NCBI GenBank assembly: GCA_003249785.1
Contig: QKIB01000101.1
Coordinates: forward strand, 2,970-66,969
Length of the DNA: 64,000 nucleotides
Reading direction: 5' to 3'
DNA from: Acholeplasmatales bacterium
GTDB taxonomy: Bacteria > Bacillota_I > Bacilli_A > Acholeplasmatales > Acholeplasmataceae
The position numbers were made by a program, and so were the translations under genes. The notes beneath the pieces were generated by a model that ran no database searches, was not told the DNA's origin, and was given only the letters and a program-made list of their open reading frames with translations. Positions 39,769-49,385 of this stretch are shown piece after piece (position 1 is the stretch's first letter; each line of letters opens with the position of its first letter).

Positions 39769-42357
39769 ATGAAACAATACACTTTTAAATTAGCAATTGC
39801 ATTTATATTCACTTATGTTCTCCTGATGGTGGCAGTTGTTTTTGCATACACATCCATCTCACAGAATTTTATTATCGATCAGGCGAAAAGTAACTTGATT
39901 GGATCTGGAACAACCATCACCAATCGTATCAATGCACAATTAGGATTTGATTATGATCGATTGACTGACTTGATCAATGGTTATATTGGCAATACACAAG
40001 ATCCGATTACAGAACTTTATGCACAACAAGATACCCTTATGATTCAAAATCAGACCTATTTGGGATTTGGTTTAATCAACAACAATACGATTTCAATCAA
40101 TGGCATCACTTATACATACACTCAAGATTACACAGATACTGTTATTCATCAACCGGTTGCCATTTATTCATTCAGCCAGGCATTTAGTGTCAGCAACAAC
40201 ACACCCTATGTTTTTTTCAGTGTTGGCGATTATGTGGCTTATTTTGACGCAAAAACATATTTCGACGAAATCCTTTCTTTGTCGATGATTGACTCAGAAT
40301 ACGCCATTATGTCCAGCAACAATACCATATTTTACAAGAGCTTTGCAGATTCTCAAATTCGATTCTTATACGATTACTTGAGAGCCGGTGGTTACCCAGA
40401 ACACCAGATTGATTATTTGAAACAAGACATTTTGGATCAAAAGAGTGTCGTCATTCAATCTCTATTTGAAGGTACATCATCTTATATTGGATTCTATCCG
40501 ATGAATACAGTTTTTTCTAATGAGGATTTCTATCTGGTTCAAATCTATACAGAAGTCAATGTACTAAGTTCCATGGCATACTTAACCAATATTCTTTGGG
40601 CATTATTCTTAGTCATTTTCATTTTGTTTGCTGTTGCTATGTTGGTGTTGTATAAAATTCTGGAAAACAAGTCAAACGACATAGAAAATGCGAAATTAAC
40701 CCATTATTATTCCAAACCATATATCATCAAAATCAACCACAAAGGTAAAATCAAGTCTTACAATAAGAGTTTCAAAAAACTTTTGGGTGATTATGATATT
40801 TATGATCATGTCGATGATTTCAAGATCAAGCTTGAAGAAGAAAATGAGTCCTTGGCAAATGTTATCGGTCAGCAAAAATCATTTACAGTACTGTTTGAGA
40901 TTGGTGTTGACAAAGTTGTCTACATCCGATTCATACCAGTAAAAACTGCCGGTGGTTATCTATTAATTGGTAACGACATCACAGGGATTGAAGGCAAATT
41001 TGACGAATACAAGAATCTTGCACTTTATGATAAAATCACAAATTTACCTAATTTGAATAGTTTAAAACAGGATCTTCAAGTATTGTTTGATGATCGCGAA
41101 CTCATTGAAAAAAAGAATACGTTACTTGCTTTCGATATCGTTCAATTCTCCAAAATCAATCTCCTCTTGGGCGAAAAGAGTGGTGAACGTTTCTTAGTGA
41201 TCACATCTGAACTTGTCAAACAAGCTTTGGAAGGATATCCTGCATCCCTCTATAACTTTGACTCTGATGTATTTGTCATTCTTTTCAAAGATATTGAGAA
41301 CTTTAATTGGGTTAATCGTTGGATCACCAAAATCCTTCAGGTCTTTGATAAACCTGTTACATTGGATAAGAACTTCATCGAAGTCAATGTCAAGATTGGG
41401 GTTTTCCATATCGAAAAAGATCGTTATGAGATTCTCAATCCTGATACTTGTTTCGACAATATGATGCTTGCTCTCAACCATGCGAAAGAATCTACACAGC
41501 ATAAGAGCTTTGTCTATGATGTCAGTTTGAGTATGGTTGCATCCAGAGAGCAACGTATGGAGATTGATTTGGCAAACGGGATTAAAAACCAGGAATTCGT
41601 TATGGCACTTCAGCCACAATACAACAACCAAGTAGAAAAGATCACTGGTTTTGAAGCGCTCATCCGTTGGACAAATCCAAAATATGCCAATGAGTCACCA
41701 CTTAAATTCATTCAGATGGCTGAAAGAAATAACATGATTATTGATATTGGCCGTATCGCACTTCATGAAACCTTCCAGATAGCAAAGGAAATGGAACCTT
41801 ATGATGTCCATATTTCAATCAATATTTCTCCAGTTCAAATTCTGCAAGCTGGGTTTGTCAATGAAGTCATTTCCATTTTTGAACAATATGAACTTAAAAA
41901 ACACTCCATCAGCTTGGAAATTACCGAAACCTTCTTGATTGGTTCATTTGAACTTGTCATTAACAAACTGAAATTACTGCAAAAATACGGATTCGATATT
42001 CATCTAGATGATTTCGGAACTGGGTATTCATCCTTGCAATACTTAAGAGATTTGCCTATCAATACCATAAAGATTGATAGAGCGTTCATTATTAACCTAG
42101 AAACAGATGCGCACTCCCGTGCGATTGTTTCCATGATCTCAAGCTTGGCAAAGAACATCGGACTCAATGTCATTTCTGAAGGTGTGGAAAACGAGAAGCA
42201 GAATCAGATTGTATTTAAAGCAGGATGTGATGTCATCCAGGGTTATTTAATTGGACAAGCTGTAAACAAAAATGAAGCAATTAAGCTGATCCAGGCTTAT
42301 AATATAGATAAGACCAAGCAGGTAAGTGTTCAAAGACCTGCGAAAGCTAAATCCTAA
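39769..42357 (+). CDS. Membrane-bound GGDEF(degenerate)-EAL c-di-GMP phosphodiesterase
   Basis: Two TMs flank an extracellular domain. GGDEF replaced by DSDVF; EAL intact (FEALIRW, INISP, LEITE, DDFGTGYSSL, IKID, EGVE, QGY). Confidence 0.88.
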   Translation: MKQYTFKLAIAFIFTYVLLMVAVVFAYTSISQNFIIDQAKSNLIGSGTTITNRINAQLGFDYDRLTDLINGYIGNTQDPITELYAQQDTLMIQNQTYLGFGLINNNTISINGITYTYTQDYTDTVIHQPVAIYSFSQAFSVSNNTPYVFFSVGDYVAYFDAKTYFDEILSLSMIDSEYAIMSSNNTIFYKSFADSQIRFLYDYLRAGGYPEHQIDYLKQDILDQKSVVIQSLFEGTSSYIGFYPMNTVFSNEDFYLVQIYTEVNVLSSMAYLTNILWALFLVIFILFAVAMLVLYKILENKSNDIENAKLTHYYSKPYIIKINHKGKIKSYNKSFKKLLGDYDIYDHVDDFKIKLEEENESLANVIGQQKSFTVLFEIGVDKVVYIRFIPVKTAGGYLLIGNDITGIEGKFDEYKNLALYDKITNLPNLNSLKQDLQVLFDDRELIEKKNTLLAFDIVQFSKINLLLGEKSGERFLVITSELVKQALEGYPASLYNFDSDVFVILFKDIENFNWVNRWITKILQVFDKPVTLDKNFIEVNVKIGVFHIEKDRYEILNPDTCFDNMMLALNHAKESTQHKSFVYDVSLSMVASREQRMEIDLANGIKNQEFVMALQPQYNNQVEKITGFEALIRWTNPKYANESPLKFIQMAERNNMIIDIGRIALHETFQIAKEMEPYDVHISINISPVQILQAGFVNEVISIFEQYELKKHSISLEITETFLIGSFELVINKLKLLQKYGFDIHLDDFGTGYSSLQYLRDLPINTIKIDRAFIINLETDAHSRAIVSMISSLAKNIGLNVISEGVENEKQNQIVFKAGCDVIQGYLIGQAVNKNEAIKLIQAYNIDKTKQVSVQRPAKAKS

Positions 42358-42380
42358 ATTAATAGAGTAGGTGAAACAAA

Positions 42381-43790
42381 ATGAGTGACCAACTAACGAT
42401 TATCCTATCCATTATCGCATTGCTGATCACCCTGGCGGGGATATATTTTCTTGCGCTATCCTTTTTTAACGAGCGCAAGCGCCTGCAAGAAGAAAAGACT
42501 TTAGCCATGGAAGGTGTTTTAACAAGATCTGAAATGACATCAATTATCACATCATATATGGCACGCATTGGCAAAGAAGGACAATTTTCATTAATCTATA
42601 TTGATTTGGATAAGTTTGGTGATTTCGTGAATGCATTCGGTCAAGTCGAGTCTGATAAATTATTGGAACGCATTGTTAAGAATATGGAATCTGTTTTACC
42701 AAAAGGAGTAAAGATCTCAAGACTTCAAAATGACGAGTTTTTGATTTTCATGACCATGGATTATGATCGAACTGAAGTTGTCGACTTGGCTAATAAGCTG
42801 AAAGTTGCTATCAACAGATCCATCAAATTGTTTGGAGACACAACCATTAATGCAACTGGATCAATTGCAATCGCTTTCTATCCAGTTCATGGAAATACTT
42901 TGAAAGATATCATGGACTCTTTGAAGATTGCAACCTATGTCATTAAGAAAAATGGTGGAAACAACATCCGAGTTTACTCTGAAGAAATGAGTGATTCTGG
43001 TGGCGAACACATTGAATATTATTATCAGATTAAACATGCGATTCAACATAAGGAATTCCAACTTTATTATCATCCAATGATTGATGTAAGAAAGAAGGAA
43101 CTCTTTGGCGTTGAAGCACTGATTCGTTGGAATCATCCTGAACATGGGTTGTTATCACCTTTCAAATTCTTAGGTATCATGGAACAATCTGGCGATATTC
43201 AATGGATTGGTTTGTGGGGTCTGGAAACACTCATTAAGACATTCCAAGAACTAAAGCAGGAATTTCCAAAGAAGACTATTAACTTCTCAATGAACTTGAG
43301 TCCTAAGCAATTGATGAATGAATCAATCCCAATGGAATTCCAGAAAATCCTTAAGAAATATCGGATGAATGCAGATAATATCATTTTGGAGATTATTGAA
43401 TTTGCAGTCTTTGAAAAGCAGGAAAACATCTTCACCAATCTTAAGAAGTTAAAGGAAATGGGATTTAGAATTGCAATCGATGGGTTTGGATTAGATTATG
43501 CAACCTTATCAAAAGTTGAGCAGCTCGATATCGATATCATCAAGCTTGACAATGAGTTTTTAAAAGAAGAAGAATCATATATGAAAGCAAAATTTGCAAC
43601 ACTTTTGGTTGAATTTGCAAAGAAAAACGATTATTTGGTCATTTGTGAAGTAATAGAAACGAAAGATATGCTCGAACGTGCTATGGAATATAACATTGAC
43701 ATTATGCAAGGGTTTTACTTCAGTAAACCTTTATCTGCAGAGTCATTAAAGGGCTATATTGGCACTGAAGCATGGAAACAAGAATCATAA
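42381..43790 (+). CDS. Single-TM GGDEF(degenerate)-EAL(degenerate loop 6) protein, possible c-di-GMP receptor
   Basis: GGDEF replaced by QNDEF; EAL present but DDFGTGYSS is DGFGLDYAT and EGVE is EVIE. Confidence 0.82.
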   Translation: MSDQLTIILSIIALLITLAGIYFLALSFFNERKRLQEEKTLAMEGVLTRSEMTSIITSYMARIGKEGQFSLIYIDLDKFGDFVNAFGQVESDKLLERIVKNMESVLPKGVKISRLQNDEFLIFMTMDYDRTEVVDLANKLKVAINRSIKLFGDTTINATGSIAIAFYPVHGNTLKDIMDSLKIATYVIKKNGGNNIRVYSEEMSDSGGEHIEYYYQIKHAIQHKEFQLYYHPMIDVRKKELFGVEALIRWNHPEHGLLSPFKFLGIMEQSGDIQWIGLWGLETLIKTFQELKQEFPKKTINFSMNLSPKQLMNESIPMEFQKILKKYRMNADNIILEIIEFAVFEKQENIFTNLKKLKEMGFRIAIDGFGLDYATLSKVEQLDIDIIKLDNEFLKEEESYMKAKFATLLVEFAKKNDYLVICEVIETKDMLERAMEYNIDIMQGFYFSKPLSAESLKGYIGTEAWKQES

Positions 43791-43827
43791 ATTGTGTTAA
43801 AAAATGTAAAAAAATGTGTTAAATATA

Positions 43828-43856
43828 TTGACATTCAAAATAGACGGTTGTATAAT
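43828..43856 (+). promoter_or_regulatory. Perfect-consensus sigma70 promoter for cluster 2
   Basis: TTGACA (43828-43833), 17 nt spacer, TATAAT (43851-43856). Confidence 0.9.
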
Positions 43857-43884
43857 ACAGGTGTATTCGTATAGGAATGCAGAA

Positions 43885-43980
43885 ATGTAAAAAGGCAAAA
43901 CTAGAGAAATCTAGTGACGCAAAGCTATAGGGCCTGAAATGGTAGCCAGTTGTCATTTGAGATGATGCTGGCTTTTTGTT
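43885..43980 (+). ncRNA. c-di-GMP-I (GEMM-I) riboswitch, tandem copy 1, with overlapping terminator
   Basis: GGCAAA-ACTAGA-GAAA-TCTAGT-GACGCAAAGCTATAGGGCC...GGTAGCCAGTTG; terminator AGCCAG...CTGGCT-TTTT. Confidence 0.92.
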
Positions 43981-44014
43981 TACTCTTCATGAGATCAAAT
44001 ATGAATTCAATATA

Positions 44015-44113
44015 ATGTAAAAGGCAAAACTAGAGAAATCTAGCGACGCAAAGCTATAGGGCCTGAAATGGTAGCCAGTTGTCATTCGATGGATGATGCT
44101 GGCTTTTTGTTTT
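44015..44113 (+). ncRNA. c-di-GMP-I (GEMM-I) riboswitch, tandem copy 2, with overlapping terminator
   Basis: Same aptamer core as copy 1 with one T-to-C change at 44044; own terminator ending GCTGGCTTTTTG. Confidence 0.92.
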
Positions 44114-44127
44114 CTTAAATCAATCAA

Positions 44128-44221
44128 AGTTCAAAGGCAAAACTAGAGAAATCTAGTGACGCAAAGCTATAGGGCCTGAAATGGTAGCCAGTTGTCATTG
44201 AGAGATGATACTGGCTTTTTG
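44128..44221 (+). ncRNA. c-di-GMP-I (GEMM-I) riboswitch, tandem copy 3, with overlapping terminator
   Basis: Aptamer core identical to copy 1; terminator ending ACTGGCTTTTTG about 24 nt before the first start codon. Confidence 0.92.
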
Positions 44222-44244
44222 ATTAGAAAAACCATGGAAGGGGA

Positions 44245-44961
44245 ATGACGATGAGACTATCGACCGTGCTTGGATTCAAAAGAGCAAAAATCAGAAATCG
44301 AATCTTCACATTAGGCGTGATCATCACTGGTATGCTCTCAATCGCATTCGCACTCATTACCTTTTATGGACAAAATGCCGGGAACTTCGTCATGTCAGTA
44401 GACAGTGCAGCACAGCAGAGAGGAATCATCCTTTCGACGGAACCAAATTTCAGAGTTCCTTCTGCACGTTTGATGTCAGATCCAATCAGTGAAGCAAGAG
44501 ATATGACATACTCTTGGTTGAAACTGGATGAAGTTCAAGCAACTTATGGTAATTATGTCGACATTGACTTTGATTATGTAGCGTACACATTCTATATTAT
44601 GAATCAAGGCAGTGAATCAGTTGATGTCAACTATTTTATAAGAATCACGGATATTTACAATCACTTAGATGATGGTATCAGAATCCTAGTCATTGATGAT
44701 GGCGTACAGACGATGTATCAAAAACCTGATGCAGTCGATCAATTTGGAAATCTTCCAACCTATCCTGATTCAATGCCACCAGGTGTTGATTTCGTATCAG
44801 ATTCCATAGTCGTCAGAAAACTCTTCACGAATTTTAAACCCGATGATATCAGAAAGTTTAGTGTTGTAGTTTGGTTAGAAGGTTATGATCCAGATACAAC
44901 TGATGACATCTTAGGCGGTATGATCCGCATGCAGATGACCTTCTCAATCGAAGGACTGTGA
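44245..44961 (+). CDS. Cluster 2 gene A: single-TM surface protein with WxEGxD motif
   Basis: TM then FYGQNAGNFVMSVD, YTFYIMNQG, VWLEGYDPD. Confidence 0.8.
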   Translation: MTMRLSTVLGFKRAKIRNRIFTLGVIITGMLSIAFALITFYGQNAGNFVMSVDSAAQQRGIILSTEPNFRVPSARLMSDPISEARDMTYSWLKLDEVQATYGNYVDIDFDYVAYTFYIMNQGSESVDVNYFIRITDIYNHLDDGIRILVIDDGVQTMYQKPDAVDQFGNLPTYPDSMPPGVDFVSDSIVVRKLFTNFKPDDIRKFSVVVWLEGYDPDTTDDILGGMIRMQMTFSIEGL

Positions 44962-44968
44962 GATTAAG

Positions 44969-45946
44969 ATGAGAAGCATGAGACGTATCTACATATCGAT
45001 ATTAACCCTCACACTGTTAGGATTTATCTTCGGAACTGTATCATTCGCATGGATGTCACTTGCAACAATTAATAATGTCGATGGCATTTCACTTGGCGCT
45101 TCATCCGGGAATGAACTTCAGATCTCGATTGATGGGATAACTTATTCCAATCAATTACCAGCAACAGCGTTAACAGATCTTTTTGGAGAAATCAAATTGA
45201 TTGATGTAACCAGCGTTGATGGCAAGACATTCGAGTTAGGCGGTTTGAGACATCAAGGACCAGCAATAGCAAACACGAATTATCTATCCTTTGATTTATG
45301 GTTTCAGACAACTCGACCTGAAAAAAATGTATTTCTGATTAACAATGTGAGTGATCTTGTCAGTTATGATACGACAATGAGTGGTACTTATGTGGTTTCA
45401 AGAGGCGTTTCCTGGGCAGCAAAATTCACTTTCCAGAACGGACCTCTTCCAACAGATATGGTCTATAAGGGTGATCGAGATACCTATTATGCAAGCAACG
45501 CAATTAGAATTGCAGTAAATGAGCTTAATGATGATCTCAATCCATTGGATACCAGAACAACAGATCAGTTAAAGAGTTTCTTATATGATCCATCTGAGAA
45601 TCCAGAACGTGGTTATGGTTTCAGTTACGGTGCATACAGTTACTTTGTTGCTAACACCAGATACTACATTGAACTACCGACAGAAATGCAGCTAGCTTCG
45701 TATCGATTAACTGGATTTAGTCCAGATAATCCATACATAGCATTAGATGATGTTTCGCAAGTTGCAACACTCATTCCAACTGGTGATGTGAATGCTGATG
45801 GCAAACCTTATTACAGAGGTAAAGTCAGAATCAATATTTGGGTTGAAGGATGGGATGCAGATGCATTCGATTCCGTCGAAGATGATAGAGTCAAGATTCA
45901 ACTTCAGTTCAAAGTCGCAGACTTAGAACCAAGTACTCAGGATTAA
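44969..45946 (+). CDS. Cluster 2 gene B: SipW-class signal peptide protein (TasA/BsaA-like)
   Basis: GTVSFA|WMSL, IWVEGWDAD. Confidence 0.8.
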   Translation: MRSMRRIYISILTLTLLGFIFGTVSFAWMSLATINNVDGISLGASSGNELQISIDGITYSNQLPATALTDLFGEIKLIDVTSVDGKTFELGGLRHQGPAIANTNYLSFDLWFQTTRPEKNVFLINNVSDLVSYDTTMSGTYVVSRGVSWAAKFTFQNGPLPTDMVYKGDRDTYYASNAIRIAVNELNDDLNPLDTRTTDQLKSFLYDPSENPERGYGFSYGAYSYFVANTRYYIELPTEMQLASYRLTGFSPDNPYIALDDVSQVATLIPTGDVNADGKPYYRGKVRINIWVEGWDADAFDSVEDDRVKIQLQFKVADLEPSTQD

Positions 45947-46000
45947 CTTAACGAAAGTTAATTAAAATAAAGAAAAAGAGAAATAAAAGGAGACTAGAAA

Positions 46001-46963
46001 ATGAATAAAATCGCTAGAAAATTAGTTTTATCAGCTTTAACGGTCGTTTTAACAGTGGTAGCACTTGGAACAACGACATTTGCGTGGTTCACACTGACCA
46101 ACACGGCAGTCGTTCAACCATTTGAAGCACAAATCGTTGCTGACACCGGTATTGAAGTTGCTCTTGGAGCTGCTCCTGGTGGAGACTTACTTAACCTTGA
46201 TTGGGTTACAGCTTTGACTACAGATGATGTTGAAACTTATATTTCAAATTTCTATAGTGGAGCATTTAGATTTAACCATGTTACTTCAGCTAATGGTGTA
46301 GATTTCTTCACATTAGGTATTGGTGAATTAACAGGTACAACATCTGGCTTTTTGGAATTACCATTACATTTCAGATCCAATTCTGCAAATGCAATTAACT
46401 GGACAGCTGTCACATTAACTGGTGGATCATTGCCATGGACTTCCGATGTTGCATTCACTGCAGCAAATGGTACATTTTATCCATCAAACTCATCCATTAA
46501 CGTTGATGCATCAGATTCAATGAGAATTTCTATTGAAGAAATCGCAGGTTCCACAGTTTCACCAGTTGCAATCGCTTATGAAAAACCAGCAGCAGGTTCT
46601 AATATTTATCTTGGTGATGGTGAACATTTAGGTGCAGATGGTGTGACATTAACTCATGATTACAGTGACTTATCAGCTGTTGGTGATGGCTTTGGTGCTG
46701 CAGGTTCATATAACTATTATTATGCTAAAACAGGTTCACTTCCATTTGGTGCAAATGCAGTTTATACAATCACAACAATGACATCAGTTCTTAACACTCA
46801 AGTACTTGCAATGACTGATGGTGTAGCAGCAGGTGCTGGTAACACATATTATGGTGAAATCATGATTCGTGTATGGTTAGAAGGTTATGATCAAAACGCT
46901 TATAACTCTATCCTTGCAAGATTGATTTCTGCATCATTCACATTCGAAGGAACAACGATCTAA
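46001..46963 (+). CDS. Cluster 2 gene C: putative major fibre subunit with SipW-class signal peptide
   Basis: RKLVLS...GTTTFA|WFT, VWLEGYDQNAYNS, AAAGGAG RBS, codons visibly skewed to GGT/GCA/ACA/GTT. Confidence 0.82.
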   Translation: MNKIARKLVLSALTVVLTVVALGTTTFAWFTLTNTAVVQPFEAQIVADTGIEVALGAAPGGDLLNLDWVTALTTDDVETYISNFYSGAFRFNHVTSANGVDFFTLGIGELTGTTSGFLELPLHFRSNSANAINWTAVTLTGGSLPWTSDVAFTAANGTFYPSNSSINVDASDSMRISIEEIAGSTVSPVAIAYEKPAAGSNIYLGDGEHLGADGVTLTHDYSDLSAVGDGFGAAGSYNYYYAKTGSLPFGANAVYTITTMTSVLNTQVLAMTDGVAAGAGNTYYGEIMIRVWLEGYDQNAYNSILARLISASFTFEGTTI

Positions 46964-46991
46964 AACCCTTAGTTTCGCACAATTCTAGTCA

Positions 46992-47023
46992 GGTAGGTGC
47001 ATTCCCGAAAGAATGCACTTACC
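46992..47023 (+). promoter_or_regulatory. Intra-operon 13-bp stem-loop without U-tract after the major subunit gene
   Basis: GGTAGGTGCATTC-ccgaaa-GAATGCACTTACC. Confidence 0.65.
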
Positions 47024-47039
47024 GTCCATCTTTGAATTG

Positions 47040-47068
47040 TTGTTTTAGTGTATACTTCATAGTATAAT
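47040..47068 (+). promoter_or_regulatory. Putative internal sigma70 promoter for sipW-mcrB-DUF2357
   Basis: TTGTTT, 17 nt spacer, TATAAT (47063-47068); AAGGAG RBS downstream. Confidence 0.5.
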
Positions 47069-47099
47069 AGAAGTATATATGATTAGTTAAGGAGCTACT

Positions 47100-47798
47100 A
47101 TGGAAAAATCTAAACAGAAGTTAGCAACACGAATTGCTAAAATCGTACTCAATTCGTTTTTCTACTTGGTCATCGTTTTACTACTTGTCTTTTCACTAGC
47201 AAACATCAAGGTCAAAAAGGAAAATGATATTGCTAACATTTTTGGACGAGGTTTCTTATCAGTTCAGTCAGAATCAATGTCTGGAACCAGAGTTGATTCA
47301 TTTGAAAAAGGTGACATTATATTTGTCAAGATGCTGGATGCTGAGAGCAGACAAAATCTTGTTGTTGGTGACATCGTTACATATTATGATTTGACGATTC
47401 GTGCTTTCAATACGCATAGAATTATCGATATCTATGACGTCGATGGATCAACTTATATCGTCACACAAGGTGATAATACCCCTGGGGCTGACCAACCTAT
47501 CAATTTATCCGAAGCTTTAGCTTTGTATCAATCGAAATGGACAGGCGCAGGAAATGCACTTGATTATTTGCAATCACCAACGGGCTTTGCACTATTTGTG
47601 ATTCTGCCAGTTGTGATCATTTTGGTATTTGAAGGTATTGTCTTGGCACGCAACGTCCTTGCTTTGAATAAAGTGAAGATGGAAGAAAAGTATGCCGAAG
47701 AAAAAGAAAAGACAATGGTTGACCTGGAAGCTGAGAAGGAAAAAATTCGTGCTCAGATTCTAGAAGAAATGAAAAAGAACAAAGAATCAGATCTATAA
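47100..47798 (+). CDS. sipW: Cluster 2 gene D: SipW-type (ER-type, Ser/His S26B) signal peptidase I with C-terminal TM and charged coiled coil
   Basis: LSVQSESM (catalytic Ser), GDIIF, GDIVTY, NTHRII and TQGDN motifs. Confidence 0.88.
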   Translation: MEKSKQKLATRIAKIVLNSFFYLVIVLLLVFSLANIKVKKENDIANIFGRGFLSVQSESMSGTRVDSFEKGDIIFVKMLDAESRQNLVVGDIVTYYDLTIRAFNTHRIIDIYDVDGSTYIVTQGDNTPGADQPINLSEALALYQSKWTGAGNALDYLQSPTGFALFVILPVVIILVFEGIVLARNVLALNKVKMEEKYAEEKEKTMVDLEAEKEKIRAQILEEMKKNKESDL

Positions 47799-47831
47799 TC
47801 TAATAGTGTAAAGATTCATTAGGGAGAACAT

Positions 47832-49370
47832 ATGGTAGAGTTTGCTCGTTACTATATTAACTTCATTAGGGAATTTTTTGCGAATATCGGTGGATTTTTC
47901 AAGAGATTATTTGAAGCGTTTGCCGATTTGTTTTTTAATGAAGTCATTGATTATTTGAAAAACTTTATCACTGCAAGTGCAACCTTCACATTACTCGACT
48001 GGGTAATGGCTTTTATCGTTCTCTTGATCAATCTTGCATTCTTTTTGTTCTTAGGTTTGAAGATCTATCAGTTAGTAAGAAGATATGTTAAGTTTAACAA
48101 GTCTGAAATTGAAAAGGATGAATTGCTAGAAGAAATTACGTTCCTCAATCAGAAAACCATTGAACTCATTGATGAAAAGAACAAGATTCTTGCACTTAAG
48201 GTTGCTGGAATCGGTGGCGCTGCAGGCATACCACAAACCGAAGAAGAGGTTGAAGAAGAAATCAAGGAAGAATTGCTTGGTCCATCTCGTTTTGTCAAAC
48301 TTGCAATGGTTGATAGAGACTATGAAAACACAGTCACTGCCATTCACATGAGAGACGAAGATATGATCAACATGAATGAACTTGTCAAACGTTTCATCAA
48401 CTTTTCTGCATCAAAGCTTGGATTATTCTACGATCGAAAGATTATTTCAGCATTTTTTGCAGGCATGGCGACTTCAAAAACCATGATTCTCGAAGGTATT
48501 TCTGGTACTGGGAAAACATCACTTCCTTATGCAATGGGTAAGTTTTTTGGACATGATTCTAACATTATTGCCGTTCAGCCTTCATGGAGAGACCGTGCTG
48601 AAATGATTGGCTATTTGAATGAATTCACGAAGAAGTTCAATGAAACCGACTTCCTGAAAGCAATTTATGAAACAACCTATCGTGATGATATCTGCATTAT
48701 CGTTCTGGATGAAATGAACTTGGCACGTGTTGAATACTATTTTGCTGAATTTTTATCTCTTTTAGAAATGCCAGATCCTGATGCTTGGTGGGTGGATGTT
48801 GTCCCTGATACACAACCTGGAGATCCTAAGCATTTGATTAATGGCAAGATTTTATTACCACAAAACGTTTGGTTTGTCGGAACTGCTAATAAGGATGATT
48901 CAACGTTTACTATTACAGATAAAGTCTATGACCGTGCTACACCAATTGAAATCAATACGAAAGCTGCATACATTGATGCACCACAGACTGAAGGTGTCAT
49001 GATCAGCAATGATTATTTACAAGATTTATTCAGACAAGCAAACAAAGATCACTCGATGAGTATCAAAGCACTGGAACATTTGGAAAAACTCGATGCATTC
49101 ATCACGACAAATTTCAAAGTAACATTCGGGAATCGTATCATGAAACAGATTAGAGCGTTTGTTCCTGTATTTGTTGCTTGTGGCGGTACGGAGTACGAAG
49201 CACTTGATTACATGGTTGCTCGTAAGATTTTCAGAAAATTTGAAAGCTTGAATTTACCATTCTTGCAGAATGAAATCAACGATTTATCTTCGTTAATCGA
49301 TCGTTTGTTCGGACGTAATGTGTTTGTTGAATGTCAAGCATATTTGAATTCCATCAAGAAACAGTTTTAA
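47832..49370 (+). CDS. Cluster 2 gene E: membrane-anchored McrB-like AAA+ GTPase
   Basis: TM and coiled coil; GISGTGKT, VLDEMNLARVEYYFAEFLSLLE, GTANKDDSTFTITDKVYDRA. Confidence 0.85.
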   Translation: MVEFARYYINFIREFFANIGGFFKRLFEAFADLFFNEVIDYLKNFITASATFTLLDWVMAFIVLLINLAFFLFLGLKIYQLVRRYVKFNKSEIEKDELLEEITFLNQKTIELIDEKNKILALKVAGIGGAAGIPQTEEEVEEEIKEELLGPSRFVKLAMVDRDYENTVTAIHMRDEDMINMNELVKRFINFSASKLGLFYDRKIISAFFAGMATSKTMILEGISGTGKTSLPYAMGKFFGHDSNIIAVQPSWRDRAEMIGYLNEFTKKFNETDFLKAIYETTYRDDICIIVLDEMNLARVEYYFAEFLSLLEMPDPDAWWVDVVPDTQPGDPKHLINGKILLPQNVWFVGTANKDDSTFTITDKVYDRATPIEINTKAAYIDAPQTEGVMISNDYLQDLFRQANKDHSMSIKALEHLEKLDAFITTNFKVTFGNRIMKQIRAFVPVFVACGGTEYEALDYMVARKIFRKFESLNLPFLQNEINDLSSLIDRLFGRNVFVECQAYLNSIKKQF

Positions 49371-49385
49371 TGAAAGGAAATTTCC

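Noticed and set aside
44011-44016. TATAAT between riboswitch copies 1 and 2 as an internal promoter
   Set aside because: No credible -35 at 16-18 nt and no extended TG; expected by chance in AT-rich DNA.
43885-44221. Three ~65-nt direct repeats with unique spacers, resembling a CRISPR array or IS ends
   Set aside because: Repeats are too long, match the GEMM-I riboswitch consensus and each has a terminator; no cas or transposase genes are in the window.
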